Below are positions 53,841 to 62,335 of a stretch of 64,000 nucleotides of DNA, in pieces (position 1 is the first letter of the stretch; each line of letters begins with the position of its first letter). The notes beneath the pieces were generated by a model, which was not told the DNA's origin, made no database searches, and was given only the letters and a program-made list of their open reading frames with translations. This stretch comes from Planctomycetota bacterium. GTDB taxonomy: Bacteria; Planctomycetota; UBA1135; JACQFD01. The translations under genes were made by a program, and so were the position numbers. The DNA is taken from NCBI GenBank assembly GCA_016792805.1, contig JAEUHX010000055.1:17481-81480 (forward strand). Reading direction: 5' to 3'.

Positions 53841-54239
53841 CTACGGCAGCGACGCGATCGCCGCACCGAGCGTGCGGCGCGGGCGGCGGCGGGCTTCCTG
53901 GAGGAAATCCTGCAGCGGACGCTCGTCGAGATGGGTCATCGCGATGTCGGCGCCGAGCTCGCGCGCGAACTTCAGCGCACCGGGGTCGGTGCTGCCGAAG
54001 GCGAGCACGCGGGCGGTCGCGCCGACCTGGGCGCGGATCAGCGCCAGCGCTGCGAGGCCGTCCATGCCGGGCGGCTCCAGGTTCAGAATCACGGCCGTCG
54101 GATGGGCTTCCCGGGCGAGCAGCACCCCTTCGACGGCGGAGTTGGACTCGCATACGCGTAGCCCAGCCTCCGCGGCAAGTCGGCCAATGGTCTGCCTCGA
54201 CGACTCTTCCGGGTGTACGACCAACAGCTCGACGCTCAT
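53841..54239 (-). CDS. Stand-alone receiver (CheY-like) domain lacking the phospho-acceptor Asp (pseudo-receiver)
   Basis: MSVELLVVHPEES... has HPEE where DD(D) is usual. AVILNLEPPGMDGL has Asn where the phospho-accepting Asp of the hhhhD-x-x-MPxMDG block sits. The Lys of the usual KP motif is not evident (DERP). An alternative start is ATG 54293. Confidence 0.7.
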   Translation of the reverse strand: MSVELLVVHPEESSRQTIGRLAAEAGLRVCESNSAVEGVLLAREAHPTAVILNLEPPGMDGLAALALIRAQVGATARVLAFGSTDPGALKFARELGADIAMTHLDERPLQDFLQEARRRPRRTLGAAIASLP

Positions 54240-54997
54240 AGGTGTCTCAGACTCAAGAACGGGAAACAGCAGCTCAGCGAACGACGACTCCATCGGGCGG
54301 AATCCGGCAAATTCTTAACTGCCTGTGGCAAAAGTGCTCCCGATAGCGATCGCGAGGGCTATTCGAGAGCTCGAAAGGGATCGTTGTTGACGGAGCAAGG
54401 AGTGACCTCGGAGCGGTCCGACGAAGAGCTCGCAGAAGGGTCTCGCCCGCAGCTCGGATGACCTTGGGCACGGCCTCTCAAAGGCCGACCTTCTTCGAAG
54501 CCGGGACCGGCACTTGGTGCCGTGAATGCCCGTCAGGCTCGAAATCTCAAGCAAGAGAGGCGTCGTGGCGGGTTCACGGCGGCGATTCGAGCAACCACTT
54601 GCCGCGAACCGCTTCGACGCCCGGGAACTGCGGCGCCCTCAACGGTGCTGATTGCGGAAGGTGTGCGGCGTGCTCACAATTCGGCATCGCATGAAGGGCA
54701 CATGGGGCATACGGGTGGACCGACTGCGAGAGAACCTACACATCGAGGGCTGAGTTCGATGGCTGCTCCACGGCCGGCACGCTCTTCCGATGGCTGCCCG
54801 TCGCCGCTCGCTCGATCGAGGGCCAACGCCCATGCGACGGCCCCCTCCGATCCTTCTGTTTTTGTGGTGTTCGCACCCCTCGCCGGTTCAGAAGCCCTGC
54901 CCACTGGCATCCAAGAAATTGCGTGCTTCGCGATGGGCTTCTTCCGTGGAAGAATCCGAGTCGGCGCGTGTCGCCGATCCAGGCTTTGTGACAATTT

Positions 54998-56287
54998 ATG
55001 AATCCAGCTCGGACACCAAAAGCACTTGATCTCGAGCCTCATCTCCAACAATTCATCGAGAAGCAGAAGTCGCTCGACATCGTCGTTGGAATACCATCAT
55101 TCCATAGTGGCCGAACCGTTGCACATGTCATTCGAGCAGTGGAATGTGGCCTTCGAAAGTACTTCTCAAACTATTCGACGGGAATCGTGATTTCGGACGG
55201 CAGCTCGACGGACGACACGGAATCCGTGTGCCGATTGACACAGCTGCCTCCTGAGTCGCTTCTTCGGCCCACCGACACGTGGACGCCCATCCCCAGGATC
55301 TTCACGCGGTACTCTGGGATACCCGGCAAGGGGAGCGCGCTTCGCACCATCTTCGAAGTCGCTCATCGGCTTCACGCCCGGGCAGTGGCCGTCGTCGATT
55401 CCGACCTCCGGAGCATCACGGCGGAGTGGGTCGAGCTGCTGCTCGGGCCAATTCTGTGGCGAGATCATGATTATTGTTGCCCTCTCTACGCTCGACACAA
55501 ATACGACGGAACTATCACGAACTCACTCGTGTATCCCCTTGTTCGCGCCCTCTATCGACGAAATGTTCGCCAGCCGATCGGGGGCGATTTTGGATTCTCG
55601 AGCCGCATCCTCGAGAAGTACGTCGCGGCGGATGTGTGGGAATCGGACGTCGCAAGATTCGGCATCGACATCTGGATGACCACAACGGCTCTCGTGAATT
55701 CGCAGAAGGTCTGCCAGGTGTTCCTCGGCTCGAAAATTCACGATCCCAAGGACCCCGGCGCACACTTGTCGGGAATGCTCCAGCAGGTGACCTCGGCGGT
55801 CTTCTCTCGAATCGTGGCCGACCGAGCTGTCTGGAGTACAGTCGATCAGGCGAAGGAACTCTCGCTTTTTGGGCTGCCCTTTGCGGTCGGCCTCGATCCC
55901 ATCCACGTCGACGTCGAGCGAATGGTTGCAACATTCGAGCAAGCACTCGTCGACCTGCTGCCCATGCTGGAGGCAGCGCTCCGGCCGGAGACGCTTCGAG
56001 GTGTGCGCGCCCTTGCTGGGCAGAAGCCGAGGAGTTTTGTGATGCCGACCGAATTGTGGCGTGACATCGTGTTCGACTATCTCACGGAATATGCGACCGG
56101 AAGATTGCCCCAAAACCATCTCCTCCCCAGCCTATTCCCGCTCTACCTCGGCAGAACCGCATCCTGGGTTCGTGAGACAGAGCGCTCCTCAGCCTCTGAA
56201 GTAGAAGCGAAGCTCGAAGAATTGTGTATCTCTTTTGACCATGGCAGACGTGAGCTGCTGGCCCGATGGCCGGGAGAACAAAGATGA
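54998..56287 (+). CDS. GT-A-fold glycosyltransferase (GT2/GT81-like, GpgS/MpgS-related pattern)
   Basis: Contains IVVGIPSFHSGRTVAHVI...VISDGSSTDDT, GKGSALRTIF and the DxD motif in AVAVVDSDLRSI. C-terminal extension of ~170 aa. Confidence 0.75.
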   Translation: MNPARTPKALDLEPHLQQFIEKQKSLDIVVGIPSFHSGRTVAHVIRAVECGLRKYFSNYSTGIVISDGSSTDDTESVCRLTQLPPESLLRPTDTWTPIPRIFTRYSGIPGKGSALRTIFEVAHRLHARAVAVVDSDLRSITAEWVELLLGPILWRDHDYCCPLYARHKYDGTITNSLVYPLVRALYRRNVRQPIGGDFGFSSRILEKYVAADVWESDVARFGIDIWMTTTALVNSQKVCQVFLGSKIHDPKDPGAHLSGMLQQVTSAVFSRIVADRAVWSTVDQAKELSLFGLPFAVGLDPIHVDVERMVATFEQALVDLLPMLEAALRPETLRGVRALAGQKPRSFVMPTELWRDIVFDYLTEYATGRLPQNHLLPSLFPLYLGRTASWVRETERSSASEVEAKLEELCISFDHGRRELLARWPGEQR

Positions 56288-57033
56288 TCATCCTGATGAT
56301 GTTGCAGACAGCGCCAGACGCGCCCCCTGGCTCGCAAGCAGCCGGATTCCAGCAGTCCTTCCAGGACTTCTTTGCAGGACTCGCCCGAGTCGTGCCCACG
56401 ATCCTCGCATTCTTCGTGCTCGTCATCTTGGGGCTTGTAGTGGCGCTCGTCCTCGACTACGCGCTTCGAGCACTGCTTCGAATCGTACGTTTTGACGAGA
56501 TCGTATCTCGGCTCCTCGGGCGGGAGATGTGGACAAGCTTCGGCATTCGAGTCCGGCCCTCCACGGTCGCAGGCCTTGGATTGCGCGCCCTAACGGCGTT
56601 CGCTTTCCTGGGCGGTGCCTTCTCCGTCATCGCTCCGTCCATCGGCGCGAACCTATTGGAGTCGTTTCTGAACTATCTTCCGCGGCTCGCGGTCGGGTTC
56701 CTGATTCTCTGCGCTGGCTATCTTGTCTCGCCATTCATCGGCCGAACTGTTCTGATCGCCTCGGTGAATGCTCGACTCCGTTTTGCACGCTTCGCGGCCT
56801 GGATCGCGCAAGCGTTGGTTTGGATCTTCCTGCTGGCGATGGCTCTCGAGCAGCTCGGCATTGGCGCTAATATTGCGGCTCTCACTTTTGCGATCCTGCT
56901 GAGTGGACTCACATTTGCGGTCGCACTGGCTTTCGGCCTCGGAGCCCGTGATCTGGCGCGAAAGGCGCTCGAAGACAGGCTTCGCGACGCCACGACGTCG
57001 AAGGATCAGTGGGATGAGTTCGGACAGGTCTAG
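56284..57033 (+). CDS. Membrane protein with conserved 'TM helix' repeats (as in the N-termini of MscS-like proteins)
   Basis: ATG 56284 forms an ATGA overlap with the glycosyltransferase stop. Repeated units of a TM helix followed by a short amphipathic segment (FFAGLARVVPTILAFFVLVILGLVVALVLDYALRALL...). Confidence 0.65.
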   Translation: MIILMMLQTAPDAPPGSQAAGFQQSFQDFFAGLARVVPTILAFFVLVILGLVVALVLDYALRALLRIVRFDEIVSRLLGREMWTSFGIRVRPSTVAGLGLRALTAFAFLGGAFSVIAPSIGANLLESFLNYLPRLAVGFLILCAGYLVSPFIGRTVLIASVNARLRFARFAAWIAQALVWIFLLAMALEQLGIGANIAALTFAILLSGLTFAVALAFGLGARDLARKALEDRLRDATTSKDQWDEFGQV

Positions 57034-58384
57034 ACCGCTCGGTCCACCTCAGGATCTTCAGTCGATCGGACGCGCGGCGATCGCTGCTGTGTCGCCGGAG
57101 ATTGCCCTCCGGCGAAAGCTACACATCGAGGGCCGTGCGCTCACGCTGGGGGGACGTCGGATTCGAATTCCCGAGGGCGGGCGGATCCACGTGCTTGCGG
57201 TTGGGAAGGCTGCAACGGCGATGGCCCGCGCCGCCGACGTTCTGCTCGGAGATCTAAGAGGACGGGGGCTCGTGATCACCAAGCTCGGCCACAGCGAGCC
57301 GCTTGCGGGTTTCGCCGTCCTCGAGTCCACTCATCCTGTGCCCGATGCGCGGAGCCTTGCAGCGGGCGCTCGGGTCAGTGCATTCCTCACGGAGCTTCCA
57401 ATCGGCGAACCCGTGCTCGTGTTGCTTTCGGGCGGCGCATCCGCGCTGATGGCGCAGCTCCCTGCGAATATCCGAACCGAGGATCTCGCGGAGCTGACGA
57501 GTTTACTCCTGCGCTCAGGAGCGGACATCCGCGAGATTAATACAATTCGCAAGCACGTCGATGCTTTGAAGGGTGGAGGACTTGCGAGATTTCTGTCGAA
57601 TCGCGAGGTCGCTTGCCTTGCACTCTCCGACGTCGTCGGCGATGCCATCGATGTCATCGGAAGCGGACCGCTCGCACCGGATCCGTCTACATTTGCACAG
57701 GCGATCCTCGTCTGGGAGAAGCGCATCGGGCTCACCAATGGTCCACAAAACATTCTCGACCATCTTCGCGAAGGGTGTGCTGGCAGACGCAGTGAAACGC
57801 CGAAACCCGGGGATGGGCTCTTTGAGAAAGTCACCAATCAAATCGTCGCAAGCGGCCGCGACGCCCTTGAGGCGGCAGCGGCTGCATCACTACAAATAGG
57901 GTTCAAACCTCTTGTGCTGACCTCCACGCTCACAGGCGAAGCTCGCGAGGCCGGTGGCTTCGTGGCGAGCGTGGCCCGCGAAATTCTGGATCTCGGCAGG
58001 CCCGCTCCACCACCGGTGTGCTTGCTCTGGGGAGGCGAGACCACAGTTACCGTTCGAGGCCACGGCCGCGGCGGCCGAAATCAGGAGGTAGCGGCCGCCC
58101 TCGCGCAAGCGCTGAGCGGACGGGCGGGGTGGCGCGCTCTCTGCTTCGGCACCGATGGTACAGATGGTCCGACGGATGCCGCCGGCGCCTGGGTGGACGG
58201 ATCGACTGAGCTTCGTGCGCTCGAGTCCGGTCTCAGTATTCGAGCGGCGCTCGAAAGCAATGATACATACTCCTTACTTGAGCGAATCGGGGCACTCTTC
58301 GTTACGGGCCCTACGGGCACCCACGTGAACGATATTGGAATCCTGTTGATCGAGGAGACCGTGCGCAATCGCGAACTGAGCTGA
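57014..58384 (+). CDS. Glycerate 2-kinase / hydroxypyruvate reductase family (DUF4147 + MOFRL)
   Basis: Contains VLAVGKAATAMA, LLSGGASALM, WGGETTVTVRGHGRGGRNQE and FGTDGTDGPTDAAGA. ATG 57014 overlaps the preceding gene by 20 nt. Confidence 0.88.
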   Translation: MSSDRSRPLGPPQDLQSIGRAAIAAVSPEIALRRKLHIEGRALTLGGRRIRIPEGGRIHVLAVGKAATAMARAADVLLGDLRGRGLVITKLGHSEPLAGFAVLESTHPVPDARSLAAGARVSAFLTELPIGEPVLVLLSGGASALMAQLPANIRTEDLAELTSLLLRSGADIREINTIRKHVDALKGGGLARFLSNREVACLALSDVVGDAIDVIGSGPLAPDPSTFAQAILVWEKRIGLTNGPQNILDHLREGCAGRRSETPKPGDGLFEKVTNQIVASGRDALEAAAAASLQIGFKPLVLTSTLTGEAREAGGFVASVAREILDLGRPAPPPVCLLWGGETTVTVRGHGRGGRNQEVAAALAQALSGRAGWRALCFGTDGTDGPTDAAGAWVDGSTELRALESGLSIRAALESNDTYSLLERIGALFVTGPTGTHVNDIGILLIEETVRNRELS

Positions 58385-58450
58385 GACTGCGACGCTTCAG
58401 ACGCTTGCCTCCTTCTATTTATCAGAATCGAGGCGGTTCTCTCGGCGCCG

Positions 58451-60016
58451 CTATCCAAAAATGCCGGGTACGAATCCAAAGAGGATCACCATGGCAATAG
58501 AAATCGAGGCAAGCGCAACCTCCGCAAATCCGATTCGAAGGCGCCATCGCGGAATCTGCAGGTCGCCTCCGCGCATTGCGGCGATGCCGATGCCGGCCGC
58601 TGTCACGGCGAATCCGAGCACGTTCCACCACATCCAGCTCACTTCGGGCTCGAAGATCCATACTCCACAATTGACGGCGACGCCGAGTATGAACGCCACC
58701 GCAAAACCGGCTCCCCGAGGAGGCGCACTCTCATTGCGTCTCTCCGCACAGAAAGCAGCAAATGCCACGAGCGCAAGCACTGGACCGTAGAGAAGGGATC
58801 CCGCAGAGTTCACGGCCTCGATCACCGTGGTCTTCGAACCTGCGAAGAGAAATGCCGCAGATGTTGCAAGCACCCCCCAAACCGCCGCATAAAGCCGAGA
58901 TCGCCCCACGCCTGTGTCGCTCCGCCGATCTCGCAGAATGTCTCGCAGCGTCACGGCCGAGAGAGAGTTGAAGTTGGAATCGAAGCTGGACATCGATGCC
59001 GCCAGCAACCCCGCGACAAAGAGACCGCGAAGTCCTGTGGGCGCTGAATGCATGAGGTAGATCGGTACGAGCCGATCCGGCTGGGATCGGATTTCCTCGG
59101 CGATCGCTGCATCTGTGGATTGCAGCCAAACCCCGAGCGCCAGGCCGAACACACAATAAATCGCGGCGAGCGGCATCCGCAGCACGCCATTCAAGATCAA
59201 GGCCCATCGAGCGTCTCGGAGCCGATGCGCGGACAGCAGCCGTTGCGCTTGGCTCTGGTCACATCCGTAGTACGAGAGATAGAGAACGAACCCACCTGCG
59301 ATCATCGGTAAGAGGCCCGGCGCCGAAGACCGCTCGAAGCCGAGCACATCCGTCATGAGGATCCGGGTCCGTTCCGGATCTGTCTTCGAGAGAAGCGCTT
59401 CCACTCCTCCGATTTGCAGCAAACAAATAATAACTGCCGCGATAAGTGCCAGCAGAAGGACCCCGAGCTGCATCACATCGGACCACACGTCCGCCTCGAT
59501 CCCGCCGATGACTGTGTACAGCACGGCAGACCCCGAGATGCCGAGCAGCGCCAACGCAGTCGGCACTCCGAGCGTTTGGGCGATCAGGAGCGCTGTCGTA
59601 TATAAAACAGCTCCCGTCGCAATTCCCCGAGCGGCCAAGAAGCTGATTGCGAGCGCCGCTCCGCTCGGCCTTCCCAGCCGGTTCTCAACGAATTCATAAA
59701 TCGTGGTGGCCCTCGATCGCCGCATCGCCGGAGCGATTCCGAGGAGCAGGACTGCGGATGCGAGGGGAACGGCGATCTCGTATTGAAGCCAGCTCAGTCC
59801 GCCTCCCGGCCTTGCTGCAACGAAGGCGGGTCCGGATATGAGGGAGATCGCGCTTACTTGTGTTGCGAGGATGGAAAATCCAAGCCACGTGCCGCCAAGC
59901 CGCCTCCCGGCAAGGAAGTAGTCTGCCTGTGTTGATTGTCGGCTTGATACTCGCGCCGTAATGACAATCATCGCGGCGACGTAGAGGGCGACGATGGTCC
60001 AGTCGAGCCAGCCCAT
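58451..60016 (-). CDS. Sodium:solute symporter (SSF) family transporter
   Basis: N-terminal DWTIVALYVAAMIVITARVSSRQSTQADYFLAGRRLG is typical of SSF. About 13 TM segments. Confidence 0.9.
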   Translation of the reverse strand: MGWLDWTIVALYVAAMIVITARVSSRQSTQADYFLAGRRLGGTWLGFSILATQVSAISLISGPAFVAARPGGGLSWLQYEIAVPLASAVLLLGIAPAMRRSRATTIYEFVENRLGRPSGAALAISFLAARGIATGAVLYTTALLIAQTLGVPTALALLGISGSAVLYTVIGGIEADVWSDVMQLGVLLLALIAAVIICLLQIGGVEALLSKTDPERTRILMTDVLGFERSSAPGLLPMIAGGFVLYLSYYGCDQSQAQRLLSAHRLRDARWALILNGVLRMPLAAIYCVFGLALGVWLQSTDAAIAEEIRSQPDRLVPIYLMHSAPTGLRGLFVAGLLAASMSSFDSNFNSLSAVTLRDILRDRRSDTGVGRSRLYAAVWGVLATSAAFLFAGSKTTVIEAVNSAGSLLYGPVLALVAFAAFCAERRNESAPPRGAGFAVAFILGVAVNCGVWIFEPEVSWMWWNVLGFAVTAAGIGIAAMRGGDLQIPRWRLRIGFAEVALASISIAMVILFGFVPGIFG

Positions 60017-60134
60017 GAGCGCAGACTACCTGCGTGCCGGGCACTGGGGATCTCAATTTCTTGCGGCGTGACCCAAGCTCGTCCGATGAAGCCGAGACCT
60101 GCGCCACCTCGTTCGTGTGGCGAGACTGCTCTCG

Positions 60135-61673
60135 CTACACCTCGAGCTCACCCGTCGCTTTTGTTACTTGTGACTCGATCGCTCTGGACGCGATGAGGTC
60201 GCGGGCTGCCACGAGGTCGGGGTGCAGATATCGGTCCTGCTCCAGCGGCCTCACGCGCGTACGGATGCACTGATAAACGGCCTCTGCGCCGCGCCCCGCG
60301 CGTTTCTCGCGGAAGAACTCGCGTCCTTGGGCCGCGGCGATTGCCTCGATTGCGAGGACCCACTCCACATTCCCAACAATCGTGCGCGCCTTGCGCGCCG
60401 CCGTCACACCCATGGAAACGTGATCTTCCTGGTTAGCCGAAGTCGGGATCGTGTCGACGCTCGCGGGATGCGCATACACCTTGTTCTCGTTCACCAGCGA
60501 CGCTGCGACCACCTGCGGGATCATGAATCCGGAATTGAGCCCGCTCGATTCCACTAAAAACGCCGGAAGACCCGAGAGCGCCGGATTCACGAGCTGCTCG
60601 ATGCGCCGCTCACTGATCGTCCCCCACGAGGCAATTCCGATCCCGAGCGCGTCCATGGCCGTCGACACGGGCTGCCCATGGAAATTCCCCTGGGAAACCA
60701 CATCTCCGTTCTCAAACACGAGAGGGTTGTCGGTCACGGCGTTCATCTCGCGCTCGAGAACACCCGACGCGAATTCCAACAGATCTTTCGACGCGCCGTG
60801 CACCTGCGGAATGCAACGCAAACAATAGGGATCTTGCACCTTATCGCAATGCGCATGGGACGGGATCACCTCCGATGCCGAGAGGCATTTGCGCATATTC
60901 GCCGCGGTCTTCGCATGGCCGGGATGGGTGCGCGCCTTGGCGATGCGCGCATCGAACGGAATGATGCTCCCTTTCAACGCCTCCACGCTGAGCGCGGCGA
61001 TCGCATCGGCGGATCGCGACACGACGCGCGCGCGCAATGCCACAAGTGCGCCCACGGCCGTCATGATGGGAGTGCCATTGATCAGCGCGAGCCCCTCCTT
61101 GGCGTGGAGTTCCATCGGTTTCAGCCCTGCCGCCCTCAGCGCCCTCGCCGAGTGCATTCGCTTGCCGCGATAGAACGCCTCCCCTTCCCCGATCACCGTG
61201 AGCGCCAAATGGGAGAGCGGCGCCAGATCGCCGCTTGCGCCGACGCTCCCCTGCTGCGGCACGACCGGGATCACTCCGGCATTAAACAAATCGGTCAGCG
61301 CCTCGACGAGCTCGAGTCGCACGCCGCTCAGCCCTTGCGAAAGAGTATGAATACGCAATAAAAGCGCCACGCGCGTCTCGAGCTCCGACAGTGGTTCGCC
61401 CACGCCGCACGCGTGTGAAAGCAACAGATTGCGCTGGAGCTGCTTCAAGTCCTTGGTCTCGACGCGCACCTTTGCAAGGCGCCCGAAGCCGGTCGTCACG
61501 CCGTACACGGTGTCGCCCGCCTCCAGGTGGCGTTCCACGGCGCGCCGCGATCGGCGGATGCGGTCGCGGGCAGATGCGGTAATCGAAACGTGGAAGCTCT
61601 GCGCGTCCCGAACCAGCGGCTCGAGATCAGAGAGTCGGATCGGACGGGCGCCCAGCGCGAGGGTTGCGGTCAC
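60135..61673 (-). CDS. hutH: Histidine ammonia-lyase
   Basis: MIO-forming GSVGASGDLAPLSHL is present. YGVTTGFG and LQRNLLLSHACGVG carry Ser-His at the position I recall as the HAL versus TAL/PAL selectivity switch. Start set at GTG 61673 (MTATLALG...); the longest ORF starts at 61733. Confidence 0.88.
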   Translation of the reverse strand: MTATLALGARPIRLSDLEPLVRDAQSFHVSITASARDRIRRSRRAVERHLEAGDTVYGVTTGFGRLAKVRVETKDLKQLQRNLLLSHACGVGEPLSELETRVALLLRIHTLSQGLSGVRLELVEALTDLFNAGVIPVVPQQGSVGASGDLAPLSHLALTVIGEGEAFYRGKRMHSARALRAAGLKPMELHAKEGLALINGTPIMTAVGALVALRARVVSRSADAIAALSVEALKGSIIPFDARIAKARTHPGHAKTAANMRKCLSASEVIPSHAHCDKVQDPYCLRCIPQVHGASKDLLEFASGVLEREMNAVTDNPLVFENGDVVSQGNFHGQPVSTAMDALGIGIASWGTISERRIEQLVNPALSGLPAFLVESSGLNSGFMIPQVVAASLVNENKVYAHPASVDTIPTSANQEDHVSMGVTAARKARTIVGNVEWVLAIEAIAAAQGREFFREKRAGRGAEAVYQCIRTRVRPLEQDRYLHPDLVAARDLIASRAIESQVTKATGELEV

Positions 61674-61747
61674 GTCGCCGATTCTCCGGGGTGCGACTGC
61701 GCCCTCCAAGAGCCGCGCACCGCACCGCCGCACCTATACTCCGCGCC

Positions 61748-62335
61748 ATGAAGCGCATTGCGCTGGTGCTGGCGCCCGGTTTCGACGAGCAGGAAGCCTC
61801 TTCGTTCGTCGCGCTCGCGGGCTGGGTGCGGACATCGGAGTCGCTTGAGCCGCTCCAGGTGGAGATCCTCGCCGTCGAGCGAGAGGTTGCGGGAGCCCAC
61901 GGGATGACCGTGCGTGCCACGAAGCGCCTCGCTGAGGCGGAGCCGCGCGGCTTTGCGGCCGTCGTAGTCCCCGGAGGCTTCCACGAGAAGGGTTTCTCCC
62001 ACGTCTGCGACCCGCCGATGCTCGAGTTCCTTCGAAGCGCCGAGGCCGCCGGCACGGTGCTCGTGGCCACGTCGACGGGAGCGCGCGCTCTGGCGGCGGC
62101 GGGGCTGCTGGTGGGACGCCGCGCCACCACCTACCCCTTCGAAGATGGGCGCCATCGCGCCTACCTCGCCGAGTGCGGCGCGCTGCTGAGCGACGGCCCG
62201 GTCGAGCACGACGGCGCCGTGCTCACCGGCACGAGCCCCGCTGCGGCGATGGACACGGCATTCGAATTGTTACGGGCGCTGGAAGGCGACCGAGCCGTCG
62301 CGACAGTGCGGCGCGCCATGGGGTTCCGCCCGTAG
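61748..62335 (+). CDS. DJ-1/PfpI-family protein lacking the nucleophile Cys
   Basis: Trimmed to ATG 61748 (MKRIALVLAPGFDEQE). The nucleophile elbow reads VATSTGA where PfpI/DJ-1 have (A/I)ICHG/ICAAP. Confidence 0.75.
   Translation: MKRIALVLAPGFDEQEASSFVALAGWVRTSESLEPLQVEILAVEREVAGAHGMTVRATKRLAEAEPRGFAAVVVPGGFHEKGFSHVCDPPMLEFLRSAEAAGTVLVATSTGARALAAAGLLVGRRATTYPFEDGRHRAYLAECGALLSDGPVEHDGAVLTGTSPAAAMDTAFELLRALEGDRAVATVRRAMGFRP

Noticed and set aside
54458-54694. A 78-aa Cys-rich ORF (WCRECPSG...NCGALNGADCGRCAACSQFGIA), considered as a possible RiPP precursor for the radical-SAM/SPASM enzyme.
   Set aside because: There is no Shine-Dalgarno and third-position GC is only modest. It is on the opposite strand and ~3 kb from the enzyme, and sits in a region where several overlapping spurious ORFs occur. 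It is not supportable without conservation or Ribo-seq data.
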